Part shown: positions 38,700 through 49,559 of the stretch, piece by piece
Layout of the letters: the number at the start of each line of letters is the position of its first letter
How positions within the stretch are numbered: position 1 is the first letter of the stretch
Source of the DNA: Octopus bimaculoides
Taxonomy: Eukaryota
Length of the DNA: 56,191 nucleotides
NCBI RefSeq assembly: GCF_001194135.2
Contig: NC_068995.1
Location: forward strand, 39,765,673-39,821,863
Direction of reading: 5' to 3'
Notes under the pieces: model-generated
Databases searched by the model: none
Told to the model about the DNA's origin: nothing
Seen by the model: only the letters and a program-made list of their open reading frames with translations
Translations under genes and position numbers: made by a program

Positions 38700-39454
38700 A
38701 AAAGCGCTTTATTTAATATGTGGCATTAATAAAAATCTGTAAATGTACAAACATCCAGATTTCTGAGTACCTTAATTTTTTTCTATATAATTTCTGTACA
38801 TCTCCTCCAAACATTCCAATATATATATATATATATATATATATGCGATTAGGTAGAAACTTATATATATATATATAGATAGAAACTATGGTGCATATAT
38901 ATATTATAGTATTATGATGACAATATGAAGGAAAGTAATGTTTATATATATATAAGGAGAGAGAATGAGACAGACAGACAGACAGAGACAGACAGATTAT
39001 CAGACAGAACGATCAGTAGATAGACAGATACATGTATACTTAGAAATACGTTTTTTTTTTCTCTTTTGCTTTCATTTCAACTTCACGTATTGTATAATCA
39101 TTGTAAATATTTGGTTTCCAGAACACGAAACCTCCGAGTATGTGTTCACGTAGCGATGTAATTGTATTACCTTTATCGTGGGTGGGCGGATGTGCGGATG
39201 TGCGCCTGTGTATATGTGTCTCTGTATGAAAATAGCGGCATGCGTGTACATTAGCGTATGTGTACATGCGATTCCCTTTGGCAGAATGTATGTATGCATG
39301 GGTTGTATGTACGGATATGGTTGAATGTGCGTGTATATTATGTGTATTTTGATGGAACATATGAAACTGCAGGCGTTGTAATTCAATAAAATACATAGAA
39401 GTGGATTTCCTTCACAGGGAAGATATCAATACAGTATGTTATCCAGGTTGTCGT

Positions 39455-39740
39455 TGAAGTTGTTGTTGCTTTTGTTGTTGCTGTTGTTGTCGCTGTTGTT
39501 GTTGTTGTTGTTGTTCGTCTTCTTCTTCTTCTTCTTAGTGGTGGTGGTGATGGTGGTGGTGGTGGTCCTGGCCGTGGTGATGGTGGATAGGATGATGATA
39601 GCGGTGATGTATAATATTGACGATCTAGACTAGATGTTGACGTTGATAACCATGATGGTGATGATGATGATGATTACGATGGTGATGATCATGATGATCA
39701 TGATGATTATGATTATGAGGGAGTTACGTCTTCATCGTCG

Positions 39741-39772
<32 letters not shown>

Positions 39773-39773
39773 T

Positions 39774-39825
<52 letters not shown>

Positions 39826-39836
39826 GATGATGATGT

Positions 39837-39875
<39 letters not shown>

Positions 39876-40320
39876 GGATGATGATGATATTGCAATACTG
39901 AAATTAAGTACCAGTGAAACACTGGGGGCGACGTAATAGACTACTCCCCTCCCCACAAATTTCAGGCCTTGTGCCAATAGTCGAGAGGATTAATATCTGC
40001 TGACGAACAGCATTATCCTTCAGCCCTATTATGACACTCGTCAACTTCTTCATCATCATCATCATCATCATCGTCATCATGTCCGTCCTCTTCCACTTAC
40101 TACTTTCTCTACTCCACTTTCCCTGCTCCTCCTCCTCTTCATCATCAACAACTGAAACGACATCATCATCATCATCATCATCATCATTAATCATCATCAT
40201 CATTATCATCGGCATCATCATTATCATCACCATCATCATCACCATCATCATCGCTATGAACATCATCATTACCCTTATTACACATTTGCCGCCATCGCCA
40301 TATTAATCATCATCACCTTT
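39455..40320. repeat. (GTT)n, (GGT)n, (GAT)n at ~39735-39890 and (CAT)n arrays, with a SINE A 3' fragment at ~39895-39995
   Basis: Direct inspection. Confidence 0.9.
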
Positions 40321-40429
40321 ACCTCCAACACATCCCATTTTCTAACAATCAGCATGGACACTTTTTATGATAATTATGTTTGAATTTATAGAGATCTTTT
40401 ATATGATTGAATATTATTGCAATAATCCT

Positions 40430-40640
40430 TTTTAATATAGACGCAAGACCTGAAATTTTGAGAGATGGGACAAGTCAATTTCATCGACCCCTACACTCAA
40501 GTGGCACTTATTTCATCGACCCCGGTAGGATGAAAAGCAAAGTGGACTTCGACGGAATTTGAACCCAGGACGCAAAAACGAACTAAGTGGAGCTAATATT
40601 TGTGTCCGGTGTGTTAACGACTCTTCTGGCTCAGCACCCT
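40430..40640 (-). mobile_element. SINE type A, degenerate monomer
   Basis: tttcatcgaccccggtaggatgaaaagcaaagtggacttcgacggaatttgaaccc is the reverse complement of the type A core. Confidence 0.75.
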
Positions 40641-41030
40641 TTATAACTGTAATAAAACCTTAATCACGGGCCAAAAATATTCGTAAGTTGGAACAGTCAT
40701 ATATCTCAACGTTAATACTAAACTGGTGCTTATATAATTGATCCCAGATGGATGAATATCGAGTTCTCCGGGATTTGAACTCACAAAGCTAAGAGTCAGT
40801 AAACAGTAGACGCAAGTGTAGCTGTGTGGTGAGAATTTTGCTTCACAACTACATGGGCCTGGATTTACTTACCGCATGGCCTGCAGTGATGATTTGGTTG
40901 ACGGAAGCTGACAGAAACCCGTTACACACAAACGCACACAAACATATATTTATTTAAATATTTATCATTATAATCAAGGATAAAATCTATATAAGATTTT
41001 GTCAAGTAGTTATATATTTAAACATACGAA

Positions 41031-41617
41031 CGAAATGCTTAACGGTATTTCGTCTGTCTTTACGTACTGAGTTCAAATTCGGCCGAGGTCGACTTTGCCT
41101 TTCATCCTTCCAAGGTCGATAAATTAAGTACCAGTTACGCACTGGGATCGATGTAATCGACTTAATCCCTTTGTCTGTCCTTGTTTGTCCCCTCTATGTT
41201 TAGCCCCTTGTGGGCAATAAAGAAATAAACGTTAGCACGCCGGGCGATATGCTTAGCGGTATTTCGTCTACCGCCAAGTTCTGAGTTCAAATTCCGCCGA
41301 GGTCGACTTTTCGTTTCATCCTTTCGGGGTCGATTAAATAAGTACCAGTTAGTTACGCACTGGGGTCTGTCCTAGTTTGTCCTCTCTGTGTTTAGCGCCT
41401 TGTGGGCAATAAAGAAATAAGAACAGTTAGCACGCCGGGGAAAATGCTTAGCTCGCTAGTCTATACGTTTTGAGTTGAAATTCCGCCGAGGTTGACTATA
41501 CCTTTCTTCCTTTCGGGGTCGATAAAATAATTACCACTGAAGGACTGGGGTCGATGTAATCAAATTTCTCCTCTCTTCAAAAACTACTACCCTGTGGCAA
41601 AATTTAAAACCATCATT
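41031..41617 (+). mobile_element. SINE type A trimer (head-to-tail)
   Basis: Three bodies. Units restart at gttagcacgcc (41231, 41426) after gggcaataaagaaataa. The last unit ends in the terminal tail gtggcaaaatttaaaacc. Confidence 0.92.
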
Positions 41618-41709
41618 CTTGTAGTTGCTACTGTTATTATAAGCAACATAGTTCTTACTATTATTGTTGTCGTTCTTGTTACTGTTGCTTTTGTCTCTAT
41701 TATGATGAA

Positions 41710-41995
41710 GGTGAGTGTTTTAGTGGTTAGGGTGTTCGGCAATTGTAATGTCGTGAGTTCGATTATCGGCAGGGTGTTATAACCTTCAGCAAAGAAACTT
41801 TATTTCACTTTATTTCCAGCCCACTCAGGTGAAAAAAGTGATTAGTACCTGTATTTCAAAAGGTCAGCTTTTGTCTCATACGGTGCCACGTTGACTACGC
41901 TTGTCTGTGAAGTGCTCACCTACTTGCACCTTATTTTCACGAGCAGGTTGTTACGTTAATCAGATCAGTTGGAACCCATGTCGTCGGAACCGTTG
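41710..41995 (+). mobile_element. SINE type D head plus tail 'i'
   Basis: agtggttagggtgttcg..gagttcgatt head and D middle domain, then tacctgtatttcaaaaggtcagc..tttcacgagcaggttgtt, as in the type B tail. Confidence 0.75.
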
Positions 41996-42092
41996 TTTTT
42001 GGTTTACTTTTTTTAGCTTTTATCGCTTTTATTGTTGTTGTTGTTGTTGTTGTTGTTGATGATGTATTTTACATTGTTGCTACTGTTGTGAA

Positions 42093-42481
42093 GTGGAGGC
42101 GCAATGGCCCAGTGGTTAGGGCAGCGGACTCGCGGTCATAGGATCGCGGTTTCGATTCCCAGACAGGGCATTGTGAATGTTTATTGAGCGAAAACACCTA
42201 AAGCTCCACGAGGCTCCGGCAGGGGATGGTGGTGAACCCTGCTGTACTCTTCCACCACAACTTTCTCTCACTCTTACTTCCTGTTTCTGTTGTGCCTGTA
42301 ATTCAAAGGGTCAGCCTTGTCACACTCTGTGTCACGCTGAATATCCCCGAGAACTACGTTAAGGGTACACGTGTCTGTGGAGTGCTCAGCCACTTGCACG
42401 CTAATTTCACGAGCAGGCTGTTCAGTTGATCAAATCAACTGGAACCCTCGACGTCGTAAGCGACGGAGTGCCAACAACAAC
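42093..42481 (+). mobile_element. Full-length SINE type B plus tail 'i'
   Basis: Collinear with the reverse complements of 18886-19277 and 52950-53331. Confidence 0.94.
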
Positions 42482-42923
42482 TCTTGTGATTATTGCTTCG
42501 ATTCCAACTACTATCGTTACGATTGTTGCTATCGCTACAGTTTTTATAGTTACTGTTGTTATTCTAATGTTACTATCGTTTTTATTCCTGTTAATATTGT
42601 TGCTATTGCATTTGTTGTTGATAACGTATTCGTTGCTCCTTTTACTGTATTTATTTTATTTTCATTGATTTCACCATTGTTCTTGAAGCTTGTTTCCCCA
42701 ACACTGGTTTTTATTGTTGCTGCGGCCATTGCTGTCTTCATCATTGATGCAATAGTTGTTGCCATCGTCTCCGCTGCTGTCGATGTAGCTATCCTGTTGT
42801 TGTCATTTTTGTTGCCGTTGTTTTATTGTTGTTTCTGTTAATCACCTAGGTCATAGATGTCCCAACCATAATCCTCCAGAAATTGTATGTATTTAGAACT
42901 GCATCTTCAAGTGTTCTCATTTT

Positions 42924-43023
42924 CAAGACACTTGGATGTAATTTAAAGGACACTTGGATGTAATTTAAAGGACACTTGGATGTAATTCAAAGGACACTTG
43001 GATCTAATTTAAAGGACACTTGA
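42924..43023. repeat. 22-bp tandem repeat, ~4.5 copies (aaaggacacttggatgtaattt)
   Basis: Direct inspection. Confidence 0.92.
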
Positions 43024-43338
43024 CTGTTATTTCTACTAAGTCAAGCAACCAAATAGAAACTTCCATCAATCAAGTTTTTTTTTTTTTACCTTATTGTTAT
43101 CATTGATAACATTATTATCATGGCTGTCATTGATATTATTGTAGAACTTTATTATTTTTGTTCTTATTATCAATAAAGATTATGACGGTGATAATGATGA
43201 TGATGATGACGACGATGACGATGATGATGATAATGATGACAATAGCCACAATGAGGGTGACGATGATGTTCTTATTTGTGTTGTTATTGTCACGGTCTTT
43301 TATTAGTTTTTTCTTTGTCGTAGCCGAAATTGCTACCT

Positions 43339-43377
<39 letters not shown>

Positions 43378-43524
43378 ATCATTAGCATGTTGTTATTGGT
43401 CGGTGCCGTTTCTTTTGTCTGTTGCTGGCGATGTTGTTGTTCTTGTTGCTGTTTCCTTGCTGTGTCTCTCTCGCTGTCGCTATCTTTGCTTTATTCATTG
43501 CTGCGAATGTTATGTTACGGGAAA

Positions 43525-43706
43525 ATGAATACAATGATGGAAATGATGACGACGATGATGATGATGACTACGACAACAATGACGTCGACAACGACGATGA
43601 CGACGACGACGACGATGATGATGAGGAGGAGGAGGAGGAGGAGGAGGAGGAGGAGGAGGTGGAGGAGGAGTACGACGACGACGACGACAGAGACGATGAC
43701 GATGAC

Positions 43707-43749
<43 letters not shown>

Positions 43750-44300
43750 ACGATGATGATGATGATGATTACGATGATGATGATTACGATGATGATGATG
43801 ATGATGATTACGATGATGATGATGATGATGATGATGATTACGACGACGACGACGACAGAGACGATGACGATGACGATGATGATGATGATGACGACGACGA
43901 CGACGACAGAGACGATGACGATGATGATGATGATGATGACGATGATGATGATGATGATTACGATGATGATGATGATGATGATGATTACGACGACGACGAC
44001 GGCAGAGACGATGACGATGACGATGACGATGATGATGATGATGATGATGATGATGACGGCGACGACGACAACAACGATGACGAAGATGATAATGATGATG
44101 ATGATGATGATGACAACTATGATGGTGAGGATGAGGAAGAAGAGGAGAAGTTGAGGATAATCATGTTGATGAGAGGAAGAAAAGAAGATGAAGACGACAA
44201 CCACAACCATGACAATGATTCTACTGCTGCTGCAGATAATGATGATGATGATCATGCCAACGACGGCGACGACGATGGTGTTGACGATGATGATGATGAC

Positions 44301-44335
<35 letters not shown>
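43525..44335. repeat. ~800-bp (GAT/GAC/GAG) trinucleotide array with recurrent interruptions, ending in (CAT)n
   Basis: Direct inspection. This array is the source of the poly-Asp and poly-Met ORFs. Confidence 0.95.
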
Positions 44336-44336
<1 letters not shown>

Positions 44337-44549
44337 AAAAGATGGCGCTGCTGCTGCCGGTTGTGGCGGTGTTGGTGCCGGTGAGGAGGTGTGTGATATT
44401 GATTTCATTGCTAGTAATGCTGATGTAGCGGATGTTGGCGGCTTTCAAATCGTTGTCACCTGTTATCACATCTGACACACCCTACCACCAATCACCACTC
44501 GATCACAAGACCTATCTCTTTAAACCACAACAGCCATCACCATCAATCA

Positions 44550-44586
<37 letters not shown>

Positions 44587-44648
44587 CCACCACCAGCACT
44601 ATCATTATTACGACCAGTCCTGCTATAATTTCCATTTCTACTTTCCAC

Positions 44649-44693
<45 letters not shown>

Positions 44694-45340
44694 ATCTTCC
44701 TATAGCCATACTGTTACTGTCACCACCATACAAACACTATCTCCTACTTTCACCTTTACAACAACCAGCTACTCCTCTGCTATACCACTCACTGCAACTA
44801 CCAATACCACAACATCCAACAATCACTACTGCAACCACCACCACTAACACCATCACTGGGATCACCACTACCACCATCACAACGTCTGCTTCCGTCTCTA
44901 CGCAATTACTGCTAATACTGCAAGTTAGTTTCCGATCACGGTGAGGACATACAGAGGCACTCTCAAGAAAGCCTTCAAAACAGTGTGACTTAGATCAGTC
45001 TACTTCGGAATATCAACATCACTCACTATGAGAGAGCATCGTTTATTCTGGAATACAGCACTCAGAATCAGAAATGGTTAGAGAAACTAATGAGAGGAAA
45101 GTTTTTTGGAAAGCAATGGACCCGCTGGGTCATGATCCTGTTATTACGTGCCCCTCAATGTAACCGTGGATTTCATGTCAATATTTTTCTAATAACCCAC
45201 CACAAGACTCAGAAACAGTAAAGCTGCTAATCTGATCGTCTTCTGAGACATGAAGTACAAACGTCACTTCTAATACTACAACAACCACTATATACTACAA
45301 ATACCCCTGTCTTTTTATATTAGCAATACTAGTACTTCCC

Positions 45341-45690
45341 GTGGAGGCGCAATGGCCCAGTGGTTAGGGCAGCGGACTCGCGCTCGGAGGATTGCGGTTT
45401 CGATTCCCAGACCGGGCGTTGTGCGTGTTTATTAAGCGAAAACACCAAAAAGCTCCACGAGGCTCCGGCAGGGGGTGGTGGCGACCCCTGTTGTACTCTT
45501 TCGCCCCAANNNNNNNNNNAGGCTCCGGCAGGGGGTGGTGGCGACCCCTGTTGTACTCTTTCGCCCCAACTTTCTTGAGTAACGCTGCGATGGACTGGCG
45601 TCCCGTCCAGCTGGGGGGAACACATACGCAATAGAAACCGGGAAACTGGGCCCATGAGCCTGGCTAGGCTTTGAAAGGGCGACGTTTACG
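45341..45690 (+). mobile_element. SINE type B head plus alternative tail 'ii'
   Basis: Same 5' part as 42093, but after ccccaactttct it continues gctgcgatggactggcgtcccgtccagctgggggg...gaaaccgggaaactgggccc. The internal duplication around the 10-N gap is probably an assembly artefact. Confidence 0.9.
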
Positions 45691-46795
45691 TTAGTACTTC
45701 CACCATCAATGGTTTGTATTTCGCCAGCGTCACAACGAGTATCTCTCTTTCTCTACTACCTCCGTCACTTCAATCACTCCTATCACCTTTTCTCTATCAA
45801 TACTATTATTACCTACACCATTAGGAGGTCTTTGTCCTCAGAAACCATCAAAACTCTGCTGACATCGATGGAAATCCAATTGCAGTAATTTGTGAGCGAC
45901 TCATTAAACGATGAAAACGCAGTATATCAATTTTCGCGCGTCATTTCAGTATTCGCACGTTCATTCTTGTTTAAGACTAGCGGTCGGAGAAATCCAGCAA
46001 GTATTCCTTTACGTGTTGATCTGTTAGAAATAGCAGCCAAATCGCCCACAGATAATCACATTCTAGTCTTTAAAAACAACTGAATATATATCTTTTCAAT
46101 CGTTCGTTTCGTTGTTATGAAAGAATAACGATCTATGAAGTAAAAGAAGAAAAGAAAGAAAACCACATATTCCATGAATGTTTTTCGGGCTGTAAATATT
46201 TTCAATCTATAAGAAATATCTTGCTTCGTTAAACGCTTAATTTCCTTTAATATGTTTACCTCATGTCATGTCATGCAGACAGTTTCTAACAAAAATGAAA
46301 TAGTGCTATTTATGAAGAGTAGAAATTTTGTTAATAAGTAACCAAAATGAAACGTGTATTGTAAGCTTCTTCGTTCCTCGATTTCAAATTCAAACTTCTA
46401 ATCTGGCCAAATGGTCTGCAGAAATGATTATTTCCCTTACATTACTTGGCTACTAGGAGACACTACGTGTTTGAAATAAACATACCAATATTGGCTTTAC
46501 TTCATGTTACAACATATTGCATATTAAAATATTTTCATTCATCCGCGCCCGCCATGTTCTACTGGTTTTTCGAGAGGTTTTGTAGTAAGCTAGATGAGAT
46601 GAGGGATTTCGTCCCTACTTCAAGTCATCTCTTGAAGGAAAGGGGCACATACATGATGGCTTTCGTAGTAGAAGTGATGCTTGATGTATGCAAAGAGAAG
46701 CAGTTACTGTGTTGGTGATAGTGTCCACCCTTAACAGTGCAGTATAGCAGATGCTGGGAGAGGGAGAGAGGGATAAGAAAGAGAGAAAGAGAGGG

Positions 46796-46830
<35 letters not shown>

Positions 46831-46884
46831 ATTCACATCTGCACTTGAATGGAATTTTATTTATCGACTTCCGCGTGATCAAGT

Positions 46885-47090
46885 CTTTAGGGCGTCGCCT
46901 TTACGATCATAAACTCGTAGTTTCGATTCCCGGACCGGACGGTGAGTTGTGTTCTTGAGCAAAACACTTGTTACACGTTGCACAGTCTACTCGACTGTAA
47001 ATGTGTAACCCCGCGATGAACTAGCATCGCATTCAAGGGCAATGTTGTGATCTTGGTTACATACGCGACGTGGAAACCGGATAACTGGTA
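46885..47090 (+). mobile_element. SINE type D head plus tail 'ii', degenerate
   Basis: gtttcgattccc B box, ttcttgagcaaaacactt middle domain, then aaccccgcgatgaactagcatcgcattcaaggg...ggaaaccggataactgg. Confidence 0.75.
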
Positions 47091-47290
47091 GAAATATTAA
47101 ATGAATCTCTCAAAGATATCTATATTCTTACTGTCACGACTGGAAGGATTTTGATCATGTCAGCTCCATCAGCGTTATCTGGTGTTAAATAACGACAGCA
47201 ACAACAATAATAACATCAGCAGTAACATCAACAGCAGCAGTAGCATCAACAGCAGTAACAAGTATTCTTTAATATTAGTTTCAAGTTCAG

Positions 47291-47710
47291 GGCGGCGGGC
47301 TGGCAGAATCGTTAGCACGCCGGGCAAATTGCTTCGCGGCATTTTGTCTGCCGTTACGTTCTGTGTTCAAATTCCGCCGAGCTCGACTATGCTTTTCATC
47401 CTTTCGGGGTCGAAAAATAAAGTACCAGTTGTTTAGTTGGATCGATCTAATCGACTGGCGCCCACCCCAAAAATTTCGGGCCTTGTACCTAGAGGAGAAA
47501 AGAAAAGAATATTAGTCTCAAGTGTGGGCACAGGGCTAGCAATTTTGCGGGGTGGGGATAAGTCGATTATATCTACTCCAGTACCCAACTGGTACTTATT
47601 CTATCGTTCCCGGAAGGATGAAAGGCAAATTCGATCTCGGCGTAATTTGAACTCAGAATGTAAGGACGGACGAAATACCGTATTTTGCTACCTTCATTGC
47701 CAGCTCGCTG
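47291..47710. mobile_element. Tail-to-tail SINE type A pair (plus 47291-47507 with a 16-bp TSD, minus 47508-47710)
   Basis: Candidate TSD aatattagtttcaagt (47271-47286) / aatattagtctcaagt (47508-47523). Confidence 0.88.
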
Positions 47711-47748
47711 ACTCAAGTCTAAATGGGTCAAATGACAGACACATATAT

Positions 47749-47955
47749 ATTTCTTTTATGCCCACAGAGGGCTAAACACAGAGGGGACAAACAAAGGGAT
47801 TAAGTCGATTACATCGACCCCAGTGCGTAACTGGTACATATTTAATCGACCCCGAAAGGATGAAAGGCGGAATTTGAACCCAGAAGGTAACGGCAGACGA
47901 AATACTGCTAAGCATTTCGCCCGACATGCTAACGATTCTGCCAGCTCGCAGCCTT
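47749..47955 (-). mobile_element. SINE type A monomer with a perfect 16-bp target-site duplication
   Basis: tgacagacacatatat at 47733-47748 and 47956-47971 flanks the copy. Confidence 0.92.
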
Positions 47956-48647
47956 TGACAGACACATATATTCTAGCTCACTGGAAAACAACTGCCAGAA
48001 AAAAAGACTTTTCTAATTTACCACATATTTCTTCCTGTAAGAGAGGCAACTAGAGAAAAGGATAGACAATTTCAACTAATAGCGCAAAAATTATGGCGAA
48101 AAATGTACATTCATGGCCAAAATGACCCCTTTCGACCCGCTAAAGGTTAAAGACGGGCATTACACAACTAAAGCCATTACGATACCTGAAAAAGCTAAGC
48201 CTCACAATCACCGAAAATCTCTTTTCGCGAAGTACGTCCTTATCACAGCTAGAAGTACATCTGAATGATTAATCGTACTCTTCAGATTCAGAAAATGGTT
48301 TGACCCTACCACCACCACCACCACCACCACCACCACCACCATCATCACCAATACCAAGAGAGGGAGCTAAAGGAAAGGATAGAAAATACCAACACCATCA
48401 CCACCGCTATCACCACCAGCAACAACAACACCATGTACCTACACTTCAAAAAGCTCGAGCGAGATCCCCAATGAACTCCTGCTCTTATATCTATGATAGT
48501 GCTGTTACTGCTGCCTTAAACTGCATCTAGTAAAAGTCCGCTCGACTCAAATATAATCTTCGACCTCTGCTCCATAAACTTGTTGTTTACTGTCTCTTTA
48601 CCACTGTTACAATAGAAACTGCTCGTTGGAACTGGTTAATATCTTAC

Positions 48648-48768
48648 TTTCTCTCCGCAGGTTCTTCGAACGCTGTTCTTCAAGAAAAATCTCACGGCTC
48701 ATGTAATCCCTGCCGTCGTTGACTTGCAACAGTTTAAAGGCAGAATTAATAGCATCAGTTCCACTTGT
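48648..48768 (-). other. Candidate coding exon (TSGTDAINSAFKLLQVNDGRDYMSREIFLEEQRSKNLRRE)
   Basis: 40 open codons ending at the donor GAAA|GTAAGA, with a weak acceptor. A strong plus-strand acceptor (cttactttctctccgcag|G at 48661) overlaps, so the strand is uncertain. Confidence 0.2.
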
Positions 48769-48799
48769 CTAGGGGGTCCTGTGAATACCACAGTCCCCC

Positions 48800-49040
48800 C
48801 CCCAAAAAATGTGGTTGAATATTCCGCAGTCACCTATATACTTAGGAATTCTTCATGTAGAACCATAATGAGTCATACAATGTGTGACAAAGCTGACACA
48901 GTTTCTGTCTATTCTCACAAGTGTGGCGTGAGTCATTAGGTTTTGACAAAAGCCATTCAGCTAACAAACCACGAAGTGGGATTGAAACCGTATTGTTATG
49001 ACTGAGAAGCGAACTTCTTAACATTTGGTTACACAGCGCC
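48800..49040 (-). mobile_element. Old SINE: type C-like head plus tail 'i'-like segment
   Basis: The reverse complement reads aagaagttcgcttctc..ggtttcaatcccacttcgtgg..gacagaaactg, then cagctttgtcacac..gtgactgcggaatattcaaccac. Confidence 0.55.
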
Positions 49041-49559
49041 TTTATCTCCTATTTTGCTTAATCACACGTTAGCTACGCAAGCACCATCATTTAACTGGTT
49101 TCTCGCTACACCTACACTACTACTACTACTGCTGTTGCTGCTGTTGCTGCTACTGCTACTGCTACTGCTGCTGCTACTATTATCATTATAGAAACAATCG
49201 GTCCCACGAGCGACCACAAAAGAAATTGCCACTTTGGAAAGTATCACGGTCATTATAGAAACAACTAGTGACATCCCCACCACCATCACACCATCACCAC
49301 CACCACCACCATCACACCACCACCACCACTATCACATCATCACCGCCACCACCAAAACCACCACCACCATCACCACCACCACCACCACCACCATCTCTAC
49401 TATTACGACTACTACTACAGCTACCACCACAATTGCACACAGCATTGTTGCGACAACTCTCACCACTACCATTATAGAACTTACTGCCACCCTCACTATA
49501 AACTACACTATCATCATTATAGAAATCACCACTCTCACAACAACAACCGGTACTACTTT

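Noticed and set aside
45459-45569. ~50-bp tandem duplication inside SINE B across a 10-N gap
   Set aside because: The copies are identical and separated by placeholder Ns, so this is most likely unmerged contig ends.
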